Part shown: piece after piece, positions 47,246 through 56,400 of the stretch
How the letters are laid out: each line of letters opens with the position of its first letter
Numbering within the stretch: position 1 is the stretch's first letter
NCBI GenBank assembly: GCA_963821645.1
Contig: CAWGEQ010000048.1
Location: forward strand, 44,563 to 108,562
Length of the DNA: 64,000 nt
Reading direction: 5' to 3'
From: an uncultured delta proteobacterium
GTDB lineage: Bacteria > Desulfobacterota > RBG-13-43-22
The notes under the pieces: model-generated
Database searches by the model: none
Told to the model about the DNA's origin: nothing
Seen by the model: only the letters and a program-made list of their open reading frames with translations
Program-made: the position numbers and the translations under genes

Positions 47246-48127
47246 GTGTTTATGGTCAACAATTGGATTGCTAATGCCTATGAAGGGATGTCCCGACGGC
47301 AATTTCTCGCCGGGATGAGCGCTGCGGGTGTCGGATTGGCCGGATATGCCATCGCCGCCCATCCGGTGGCCGGTGAGATCATCAATACCCCTACGAATAA
47401 TCTCGTGGCCAAGGACGGCAAGGTGCTTTCAGATGGCTTCCAGGTGCCGATCTATGAGGCAAGGCCTGAGGCCGCAGGAAAATATCCCATCATGCTGGTG
47501 ATTCCGGAAATATTCGGGATGCATGAGCACATCAAGGACGTCACCCGTCGTTTTGCCAAAGAAGGGTTCTTGAGTTTTACTTTTGAGCCTTATGCCCGTG
47601 AAGGAGGGGTTTTATCCCAGTTCGACATCGATGCGGTCAGGAAGGTGGTCGACCCGGTCCCTGACCAGCGGGTTATGATGGATTTGGATGCCCTCGTGGC
47701 CTTTGCTAAGCAACATCCGGCCGGGCGGCCAGATCGGATCGGGGTGACGGGATTCTGCCGGGGCGGGATGTATACCCTTCTTTTTGCCGCCCACAACCGG
47801 GAAATAAAGGCGGCTGTTGCCTGGTACGGCCAGATCCGACCGGCTAAAACACCCGGAGTTAGGACCGAAGGACCGCTCGACGTGGCCGACCGAATCAATG
47901 CCCCCGTGCTCGGTCTGTACGGCGAGGCCGATTTGGGAATTCCGGCGAAGGACGTGAAGGAGATGGAGGCCGCCCTGAAGGCAGCCGGCAAAACGGCTGA
48001 GTTTGTTCTTTACCCTGGAGCGCCTCACGCCTTTTTCGCGGACTACAGGCCAAGTTACCGCCCCGAGGCGGCCAGGGAAGCCTGGGGACGATGTCTGGTT
48101 TGGTTTAATAGGTATCTTAAAGGGTAA
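47246..48127 (+). CDS. dienelactone hydrolase family protein with twin-arginine signal
   Basis: Tat motif SRRQFLAGMSAAGVGLAG. DLH-type nucleophile region GVTGFCRGG and a C-terminal YPGAPHAF. The exact start is uncertain (47246, 47252 or 47288). Confidence 0.75.
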   Translation: MFMVNNWIANAYEGMSRRQFLAGMSAAGVGLAGYAIAAHPVAGEIINTPTNNLVAKDGKVLSDGFQVPIYEARPEAAGKYPIMLVIPEIFGMHEHIKDVTRRFAKEGFLSFTFEPYAREGGVLSQFDIDAVRKVVDPVPDQRVMMDLDALVAFAKQHPAGRPDRIGVTGFCRGGMYTLLFAAHNREIKAAVAWYGQIRPAKTPGVRTEGPLDVADRINAPVLGLYGEADLGIPAKDVKEMEAALKAAGKTAEFVLYPGAPHAFFADYRPSYRPEAAREAWGRCLVWFNRYLKG

Positions 48128-48165
48128 CCGTAGGAGAGACAAAAACTTATTTTGAAACTGGTGCC

Positions 48166-48546
48166 TCAATGCCTGTCTTTGACGGTTTGTTCCTGTATTT
48201 CGGATAAATAGTCATCCATTTCTTGGATGCTGGCGAAGATCTGCAGGGAGGGGAGGGCATGGATGATCTCAAAGACCTTCTCAATTTGGGGCTGTAGATT
48301 CATCATGGATAGGAGACCCCCATTTTTTTTGAGATCCTTGAGGGCCTTGAGGACGACCCGGACCCCCATGCTGCTGATGTAGTCCACCCCGGTCATATCG
48401 ATGGTCAGGTGCCAGGCCTGACCCTCACGCATCAGGTAATCTATCTTCTTCTCCAGAACCGTATAGGTGTTTGAATCCAAACGACCTATGGGATAAAGGA
48501 TAAAGACGCCGGGCCTTTTTTCGGTTGAACGGACGGTTAGGGACAT
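48166..48546 (-). CDS. STAS-domain protein (anti-sigma-factor antagonist-like)
   Basis: 126 aa in the SpoIIAA-like pattern, with DMTGVDYISSMGVRVL containing the phosphorylatable Ser context. Confidence 0.7.
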   Translation of the reverse strand: MSLTVRSTEKRPGVFILYPIGRLDSNTYTVLEKKIDYLMREGQAWHLTIDMTGVDYISSMGVRVVLKALKDLKKNGGLLSMMNLQPQIEKVFEIIHALPSLQIFASIQEMDDYLSEIQEQTVKDRH

Positions 48547-48722
48547 GGACTCTCCTTTCCCAACGGGATTCGTACCTTCCCGATAAAAGAAGTATAAAAT
48601 AAGTCAACCAGTGGAGCAAGAAGAAAACAGGGCCTGACTCATCCCACCATTAATGCATTTTCTCATTGATTGAAAACAGACCTCTGGAATATAATAAAAT
48701 AAACCCATAAGGAGGGATTCCC

Positions 48723-49148
48723 ATGGAGACTCACGAAAAGATTCTGGTTCCTTTGGACGGCTCCCAATGCGCCGAGGATATCATTCCTACGGTCGAGAAA
48801 CTGGCTACTGACTTCAAGGCCGACATTTCTCTTTTGCGGGTGGCCTTGGCGCACACCTTCCCGGGAATGGACCCGACCGATGCCGAAGTGAAAGTCATTC
48901 GGGAAGCGGAAGAGTACCTTGCCGGAGTAGAGGAACGGCTTAAGGCCAAGGGGTTCAAGGTGGACAGTCATATACGTTATGGTAATGATGCCGAGGAAAT
49001 CCTCAATCATGCCGCCCAAAAGGACATCGGCCTGATTGCCATGTCCAGCCACGGGCACGGCGGGGTCAAACGTTTTTTCCTCGGAAGCGTGGCCGAGAAA
49101 TTGATGCGCCATTCTCCGAAACCGATCTATCTGGTTCGCTGTACTTAA
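48723..49148 (+). CDS. universal stress protein (UspA family)
   Basis: KILVPLDGS start and C-terminal GSHGHGGVKRFFLGSVAEKLMRH ATP-binding motif. Confidence 0.85.
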   Translation: METHEKILVPLDGSQCAEDIIPTVEKLATDFKADISLLRVALAHTFPGMDPTDAEVKVIREAEEYLAGVEERLKAKGFKVDSHIRYGNDAEEILNHAAQKDIGLIAMSSHGHGGVKRFFLGSVAEKLMRHSPKPIYLVRCT

Positions 49149-49173
49149 TCATTTGAAAGAAAGGAAGAATCAA

Positions 49174-49740
49174 ATGGACTTTAAGGAATTATTGGAAAAA
49201 CGGCGTTCTGTCAGGGACTTCGAAGACAAAGCGGTTTCGCCGGATCTGATTAAAAAAATCATCACTGAAAGCCTCAAGGCCCCCAACGCCAGCAATCTGC
49301 AGCCCTGGAAATTCATCGTGGTCAACAATCGAAAGATGATGAAAAGGATTTCCGATGCCAGTAAGAAAACGATCATCGCCGGCATCGAAAAAGACCCCAA
49401 TTCGCCTATGAAAGGATACCTGGAGATTCTGAAAAACGAAGGCTTCAATGTCTTTTACAATGCCCCCTGCTTAGTGGCCGTTGTCGGCCGCCTCAAAGGG
49501 GCCACCATTGCCATAGATTGTGCCCTCGTCGCCGCCTATTTTATGCTCTCGGCCGCCGACAAGGGCTTGGGCACCTGCTTTGTCGCCCAGGGAGCGGAGG
49601 CCAGGGACCCCGAGTTGCTTGAGGAAATCGGACTCCCCGAGGGGTACCGGATATGGGCCCCCATCATCGTCGGCTACCCGAAGAATATCCCTCCCATGCC
49701 GGATCGCAAGGAAGCCGAGATTCTAAAAATCATCTCCTAA
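49174..49740 (+). CDS. nitroreductase family protein
   Basis: RRSVRDF, PNASNLQPWKF. ATG 49174 with an AAGGAAG Shine-Dalgarno sequence is preferred over TTG 49153. Confidence 0.8.
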   Translation: MDFKELLEKRRSVRDFEDKAVSPDLIKKIITESLKAPNASNLQPWKFIVVNNRKMMKRISDASKKTIIAGIEKDPNSPMKGYLEILKNEGFNVFYNAPCLVAVVGRLKGATIAIDCALVAAYFMLSAADKGLGTCFVAQGAEARDPELLEEIGLPEGYRIWAPIIVGYPKNIPPMPDRKEAEILKIIS

Positions 49741-49765
49741 AAGTGCCCGGCGCACCGGAAAGGAG

Positions 49766-50140
49766 ATGGTAATGACACCGAGGCTCTTCCTGGCCATAGC
49801 AATAGTACTATTCGGGACACTATGTCAGTGTTTCGGAGAGACAGCCAGACCTTTTGGTCAGACGGTCATGGCCGCCGCCAACCCAACGGAAACGGTAGAG
49901 ATCTATATAACGGACTGGTGCCCGTATTGTGCGCAGGCTGTTAAGTTTTTTCAAGCTAATCAGATTCGGTATGTAGCCTATGATATAGAAAAAGACAGGG
50001 AAGCAGCGGAACGATATAAAAAGCTTTCAGGACGCCGGGGTGTTCCTTTCGCAATCATCAAAGGGAAAAAGATCCACGGCTTTTCCGAGCAGACGTATTC
50101 GAAAGCTCTTGACCTCAAGAGTCGACCGGGGCGGCCTTAG
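49766..50140 (+). CDS. exported glutaredoxin-like protein (CPYC active site)
   Basis: N-terminal signal peptide and a thioredoxin-fold motif YITDWCPYCAQAVKFF ... GVPFAII. Confidence 0.7.
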   Translation: MVMTPRLFLAIAIVLFGTLCQCFGETARPFGQTVMAAANPTETVEIYITDWCPYCAQAVKFFQANQIRYVAYDIEKDREAAERYKKLSGRRGVPFAIIKGKKIHGFSEQTYSKALDLKSRPGRP

Positions 50141-50183
50141 GTTATAGGTATTCAAGTGACATCAAGACTGGGTATTCTGTGAA

Positions 50184-50402
50184 ATGAGAGAGATTGAAAT
50201 TTCAGAAGAGCCCATCGAGCTCTATAAAATTCTGAAGTTCGAAAATTGGGTCGATAGCGGCGGCGAGGCGAAATTTGTGATTTCTGAAGGCCAGGTCAGA
50301 GTCAATGGCAAGGTTGAAACCAGAAAGCGAAAAAAGATCTTGTCAGGTGATGTGGTCGCATTTGGGAAAAATAAAATTCGTGTCATAGTCAAAGGAAAAT
50401 GA
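50184..50402 (+). CDS. S4-domain RNA-binding protein (YbcJ-like)
   Basis: 72 aa with VRVNGKVETRKRKKILSGDVV. Confidence 0.65.
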   Translation: MREIEISEEPIELYKILKFENWVDSGGEAKFVISEGQVRVNGKVETRKRKKILSGDVVAFGKNKIRVIVKGK

Positions 50403-50508
50403 TCTCCTCAAAGCCCTTGGCGACGTCATCGTAGACCCGGGTCATCATGGTCATTGATTCCAACAGTCGGCCGTGAAAATCGTGTTAATACTATCAGACA
50501 CTATTTTT

Positions 50509-52005
50509 TCAGGCCTTCAGTGGTGCCCGCTTGGTGAACCAGGGGAGAGCCTTTTCCAGTTGGGAGGCTAAGCGGAAGAGCAGGGCTTCGTCTCCGAAAG
50601 GTCCGATGAACTGGACGCCGCAGGGCAGACCATCAGCCGTCCAGGATAGGGGTATTGACATGGCCGGAAGTCCGGTCAGGTTGGCTAATTGGGTAAAAGG
50701 CGTTCTTTCAAGGCTCTTTTCAGCCATCTGGTCCACGAGGCCCAGGCCCTTTAAAAGCCGGCCCAGTTTCAATCCGTTGACCACCTTCATCATAAAGATC
50801 TCCGAGGCCTTGGGTTCCAGCTCACCGATTTTTGCCGGAGGATAAGCCGTGGTCGGGGTGAGGTAGAGGTCGTACTTCCCGAAGAAGAGGCCCATCTGGC
50901 GGGCCGCCCGATCCCATTGGAGCAAGGCCTGGTAGAGATAGCCGGCTGAATAGGTGCGTCCGAGCATACCGAGGGTCTGGGTCAGAAGCTCGACGTCTCC
51001 CGGTCCGGCTTTCCGCTTCAACATGGCTTCCAACTCTTCAATCTGAGCCGCCACCAGGCCGAAATACAAGGCCAGATAGCTTTTGGCCAAAGCCTTGCCG
51101 TCAACGTCTGGCCGGGCTTCTTCCACGTGATGTCCCAAACCTTCCAAGAGACGGGCGGCTTCTTCCACGGCCCGTACACATTCCGAATGGACCGGAGTAC
51201 CGAGGGGTGATTGGCTGTTAAGGGCGATTTTTAATCGACCGGGGTCCTTTTCCAGCTCTTTTAGAAAAGGGCCTTCTGGGAGACGAATTTCATAAGGTGC
51301 GCCCCTGTCCGCACCCTGGGTAGCGTCCAGCATGGCCGCGCTATCCCGGACAGACCGGGTGAGGACATGATTTTGGACCGCCCCCAGCCAGACCTGACCC
51401 GAGTCCGGGCCGCTGGGGTTGCGTCCCCGGCTCGGCTTTAAACCGAAAAGACCGCAATAGGCCGATGGGATCCTGATGGACCCCCCGCCGTCGCCGCCGG
51501 CGGCCATGGGAACAAGGCCCGCGGCCACCGCGGCTGCTGAGCCACCGCTGGAACCACCCGGAGTGTGTGAGGTGTTCCAGGGATTGCGGCAGGGCCCGAA
51601 AAGCTTGGGTTCGGTGACGCCCAGGAGTCCGAATTCCGGGGTATTAGTTTTGCCGAGGATCACCAGGCCGGCTTTCTTGAAACGCAGGACCATTTCATCG
51701 TCATGGGAGGGGACATAGTCCTTAAGGGCCTGGCAGCCCGAAGCCATAGGCACACCGGCATAAGCATAATCCAGGTCTTTAATCAGAAAGGGAACCCCGG
51801 CGAAGGGTCCGGCTGGCAGGGATGTTGAGGCCGCTCGGCGGCCCTGGTCGACCATGGGGGTGACCACCGCATTTATTTTCGGATTGATTTTTTCGATCCT
51901 GTCAATGGCCTCCACGCACAGTTCCATCGGCGTGACTTGACCCTGTTGGACCAGTTCGGCCAAGCCCAGCCCGTCGTATTGATCATACTCCGGGAAGCAA
52001 CCCAT
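50509..52005 (-). CDS. amidase (amidase-signature family)
   Basis: AS signature GGSSGGSAAAVAAG with the upstream Lys context FLIKD, and GGSIRIPSAYCGLFGLKPS. Confidence 0.85.
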   Translation of the reverse strand: MGCFPEYDQYDGLGLAELVQQGQVTPMELCVEAIDRIEKINPKINAVVTPMVDQGRRAASTSLPAGPFAGVPFLIKDLDYAYAGVPMASGCQALKDYVPSHDDEMVLRFKKAGLVILGKTNTPEFGLLGVTEPKLFGPCRNPWNTSHTPGGSSGGSAAAVAAGLVPMAAGGDGGGSIRIPSAYCGLFGLKPSRGRNPSGPDSGQVWLGAVQNHVLTRSVRDSAAMLDATQGADRGAPYEIRLPEGPFLKELEKDPGRLKIALNSQSPLGTPVHSECVRAVEEAARLLEGLGHHVEEARPDVDGKALAKSYLALYFGLVAAQIEELEAMLKRKAGPGDVELLTQTLGMLGRTYSAGYLYQALLQWDRAARQMGLFFGKYDLYLTPTTAYPPAKIGELEPKASEIFMMKVVNGLKLGRLLKGLGLVDQMAEKSLERTPFTQLANLTGLPAMSIPLSWTADGLPCGVQFIGPFGDEALLFRLASQLEKALPWFTKRAPLKA

Positions 52006-52266
52006 GGTTTGGTTCTCCTTTCAGGTGTTATGTTAGACGCGCAATCCTTTTATGATTTTTCCATTCCGGTTCTTGGCCTTTTCTCTTTCCCGGCATCTCT
52101 CTACAGGGGATACCCTACTATAAAATAGGCTGGAATGTTAGGTCAAGAATATTAGATCAACCAGGGAGTCATTTAAGATGGCAACCATTTTTCTTTCGCC
52201 GATTGTTTGATATTCCCCGATTCTATGGTTATAATAAAACAATCAAGATCGTTGGGAGGAGTGGGG

Positions 52267-53097
52267 ATGTCTAAGCGAGAAAAATCGGAAAAGATCGAAA
52301 ACGGAGAGTATAGAATAACCGAAGAACCTTTTTACCTTCCCCAGGGAAACGAAATAGCCATTTTTGAGGCGGCCCAGGCCAACAAGCTCCCGGTTTTGCT
52401 CAACGGTCCCACGGGAAGCGGAAAGACCAGACTGGTAGAACATATGGCCTGGCGGTTGAAGCTTCCCCTATACACCGTGGCCTGCCATGAGGACCTGAGC
52501 GCCAATGATCTGACCGGACGTTATATCATCAAGGGAGACGAGGTGAAATGGATAGACGGACCTCTCCTGATGGCCGTTCGTGAGGGGGGCATCGCCTACT
52601 TAGATGAAGTGGTCGAAGCCCGGAAGGATGTGACGGTGGTGATCCATCCCCTGACCGACCACCGGCGCTGTCTGCCGGTGGAAAAACGGAGTAAAATCTT
52701 TCACGCCCCGGAAGGATTCATGCTGGTCATTAGCTATAATCCAAACTACCAAAGTGTGCTTAAAGAACTCAAACCGAGCACCAGGCAGCGTTTCGTGTCG
52801 ATCAACCTGGGCTGGCCGAAGGAAGAGTTGGAAATACGCATCGTCAGCCGTGAGGCCGGTGTGGATGAAGAGACGGCGGATAAGCTGGTCAGGGCGGCCA
52901 ACCGGATACGTAATCTGGTCAATCAGGGACTCGAAGAGGGCGTATCCACCCGCGAGCTGGTTTATGCCGGGACGCTTCTTCGTAACGGATTGCCGATGAA
53001 AGATTCCCTTCAGGCCACCATGATCGAGCCCTTGACCTATGATATAGACCTGAAGAAAAGCATCGAAGAGGTACTGAAAAATTATTTTAGTTTTTGA
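52267..53097 (+). CDS. CbbQ/NirQ/NorQ/GvpN-family AAA+ ATPase (MoxR class)
   Basis: Walker A LNGPTGSGKT, Walker B GGIAYLDEV, and the conserved HPLTDHRR and VISYNP stretches. The start is set at MSKREKS behind GGGAGGAG; the track ORF starts at 52207. Confidence 0.85.
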   Translation: MSKREKSEKIENGEYRITEEPFYLPQGNEIAIFEAAQANKLPVLLNGPTGSGKTRLVEHMAWRLKLPLYTVACHEDLSANDLTGRYIIKGDEVKWIDGPLLMAVREGGIAYLDEVVEARKDVTVVIHPLTDHRRCLPVEKRSKIFHAPEGFMLVISYNPNYQSVLKELKPSTRQRFVSINLGWPKEELEIRIVSREAGVDEETADKLVRAANRIRNLVNQGLEEGVSTRELVYAGTLLRNGLPMKDSLQATMIEPLTYDIDLKKSIEEVLKNYFSF

Positions 53098-53213
53098 CAA
53101 TAGGATTCGAGGGGTCCGTGGTTCGAGGGTGGGGGGGCTGAATAAAATATGAAAAAGATTTCTCCAGCATTGAACCTTGATGAAATCATAAAAATCTCGG
53201 AGCACACATTTTT

Positions 53214-53292
53214 ATCATTCCCGTGAAAACGGGAATCCAGTATTTTTAAACAGTTGAGAATCATCTGGATTCCCGCCTTCGCGGGAATGACG
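53214..53292. repeat. paired REP-like elements in inverted orientation
   Basis: ATCATTCCCGTGAAAACGGGAATCCAG (53214-53240), a 24-nt spacer, then CTGGATTCCCGCCTTCGCGGGAATGACG (53265-53292). The layout matches 60948-61024. Confidence 0.7.
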
Positions 53293-53352
53293 AGTTTTTA
53301 CGAGACCATCGATGATGGATGTCGAAGGAAGACAAAAACAATTCACCTGATG

Positions 53353-53421
53353 ATTCGAAATTCGAAATTCGGTATTCAATATTCGTATTTATTGAATTCT
53401 CTGAACTTGAACCTTGAACGG
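53353..53421. repeat. heptamer tandem tract (ATTCGAA)n followed by (CTTGAAC)-type units
   Basis: attcgaa attcgaa attcggt attcaat attcgta, then ...gaattctctgaacttgaaccttgaacgg, directly upstream of the giant VWA gene. Confidence 0.55.
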
Positions 53422-53431
53422 TATTTCTTCC

Positions 53432-56400
53432 ATGTCCCATACTTCTAAAAATAAAACAGGTCATATCGATAAGGACTATGAAGAGGAATTGATCGCCCGG
53501 TTCGGCGAGGCCCTTTCTCCTCTGATTGATCGCTTCGGCTATGGAGGGATCGATCAAATAGGCATACTGATGGCCAGGCTCAGGCAAGATGACCCGCAGG
53601 CTGCTTTGTATCTTCTTAAAATAAGTCCTTCTCTTATCGACAGGCTTCTTCCCCAGGGTGAAGAGTTGATTTTGAATGTTTATGAATTGGGAAATCAGAT
53701 GGTCCCCTTTGGGTCCGTTTTAACCGTGAGACTTCTGGAGATGAGTCCTGAGATCCTTGAAAAGGGTGATTACCAAACCTTGGTTAAAACAGCCTCCCTG
53801 GCCCGTGAAGTGGCCCGTGAAAATAGTGCCACCGCAGTGACCCTGATTCAGAAAAGTCCGGACCTTCTCGAGTCCATAGGCTTCGAAGGACTCGAAAGGA
53901 TCGGCTTGTTTAGCGCGGCCATAGCCCGTTCAAGCCGGACCTATTCGCTGAAGGCCCTTGAACAGAGCACCTCGGCTGTCGAGGTCCTCCTCAAGTCGGG
54001 AGGTAAAGGGTTGGTCCTCACCGTCTATGGCCTGGGGATGCGCCTGGCCGATGAGGATTGGAGCAATGCCCTGGAAGTGGTCAAAAGAAGTCCGGACGTG
54101 GCCGAAGCGCTGGTTTCACAGGGAAACGGCCCACTCCTTACGGGTCTCTACGAGCAGGCGTCCAGGGCCGCTTCTTTCGGGGCCGGTCTGACCTTGACGT
54201 TCCTTGATACGGCCCCTTCCTTGATCGAACAGATCGGTCCGGCCGGGTTGGAACCAATTTGGAGGTGCGCCTTGGCCATGGCCGCCGAAAATCCGGAAAA
54301 TGCCCAGTCCCTCCTTAAAAAAAGCCCTGACATCGTACAGGGCCTGCTTTCCCGATTTTCTTCCTTAAAGGTTGGGGAAGTCTATGAACTGGGAATGGAT
54401 CTGGCCCGGATCAGTTCCCAATTGGCCCTCGGGTTTTTGGAGAAGAGTGTCGATCTGGCGGAGCGACTCGATGACGAAAATTTAATGCACCTTTTAAACA
54501 GGGCCAAAGAAATGGCTCAAGCGAGTCTGCCCGCGGCTGGGGCCTTTCTCCAGAACGCTTCGGCCTTGATCGACAGGGTCGGCGTCGGGGGACTGGACAA
54601 GATTGCCGATTGGAGCATACCCATGGCCCGTCAAAGCTTTGAAGCGGCTACCCGGTTCCTCCAAAAAAGCCCTGAACTGATCAACCGTCTGGGTCTTGAC
54701 GGAGTCAAGACGATCGGCGATTTTTCGGCCCTCTTGGCTCAAGAAAGCGAGACATCGGCCATCCGCCTTATTGAAAAATGCCCCTCTATCATCGACGGCC
54801 TCTTGAAGATCGACGGTCTTTCCCTGATAGCCGAAGTGTGCCGATTAGGCGGCCGGATCGCCCGAACCAACGCCCGACTGGCCGTGAGTCTTCTCGAAGG
54901 AAGCCCTGAAATCATAGGGATGGCCGGGTTCGCCGGACTTGAAAAGGTGGAGGAACTGGCCCATCAGGTGGGCCTCGAGAATTGGACAGCCGCCGTCAGC
55001 CTGGTCGAAGCAAGTCCCCGGATCATTGAACGGGTAGGATTCGAAGGGTTGGAAAGGATCGCCGCCGTGGCCCGGAAGATGGCCCGGGTGAATAGTTATA
55101 ACGCGGTCAATCTTCTGGAAAAATGTCCCGATCAGATCGATCGTCTCCTCCACTACGGAGACCAGACCCTGGCCCTCCATGTCTATGATCTGGCCGGAGA
55201 AGCGGTTTCCTTAGGCTGGAGAATGGCCTCGATCCTGCTGGAGCGAAGTCCGGAATTCCTCTCCAGTATAGGCGCTGATGGGCTGGAAAAGTTGATCGAC
55301 CTGGTCAACAAGAAGGCGGAAAAAAACCTGCCGGTGGCCTTGGGTATTCTGGATAAAGGCCTGGCCATTATGGATCGATTGGGATTTGAGGGGCTGGAAA
55401 TCCTGTCGGATCTTTCCTCGGTCGTCTTTAAGGCCGATCAGGAGGGGGCTTTATCGCTCCTGGAGAATGGCCCTTTGTTAATCGACCGTCTGGAGAATAC
55501 CATGGAGGGAAACGTGGCCTTGGCCGTTTATGACCTGGCGGCCAAGGTGGCCCGAACCAGCCCGGCGGTGGCCATGAGGCTCCTTGGAAAAAGTCCGGAA
55601 TTTCTCGACTGGGTGGGATTCGAAGGATTCGGGAGGATTGCGGCCTTTGTGGAAAATGCAGCCAAAGTGGATGAAGAAAAGGCCCTTTCTTTTTTAAAAA
55701 GCGATTCTCCGGCCTTTGCCGACTTTATGGAAAATATTCCCAAAGGGCTTGAGTTAAAGACCGTCAAGCCGGTGCTTTCCATCTATCTGAAGGCATTGCT
55801 GGGCAGGAGGGTGGAGATTGCCGAGGCTGACATGGTCTACACGGACGGCCAAAAAATATACCTGCCCCGTCGGATTAAGGAATTTCAGGACCGGGAAGAT
55901 AACTTCGCCCTTTATAAGGTATCGGCCACCCATCAGGAGGCTCATCTCGAATACGGAAGCTTTGAATTCGACCTGGACAGGATCGGGGACAGCGTCGAAC
56001 GACTCAGGTCTCTTTATGGAGAAAAGGCCGGTGAGGACGAAGGCGATATAGACCGGTTTGTCCTGCTTTTTCCGGAACCGGACCTGGCCCGGGATCTTTT
56101 TAACATTATGGAAGACTTTCGTATTGAAGACTTGCTAAAACGGGAATATCCTGCCCTCGGAAAAGATATTACCCGGATGAATCTCCACAAACTATCCCAG
56201 AGACGTCCACCTAAAAATATGACCAATCCCAAACAGCGGGCGGTGGAAATGATCGGTCAGTCTTTGATGGGTGGAAAGACCTTTGATGAACCCGGTGATC
56301 CGGCCTTTCCCATCCTCCAGGAGGCCTTGGAAAGGGCAGGGTTCCTGGAGCGGCCCGGGGCCGATGTGCATGACGCGGCACGAATAGCCGCAGAACTGAC

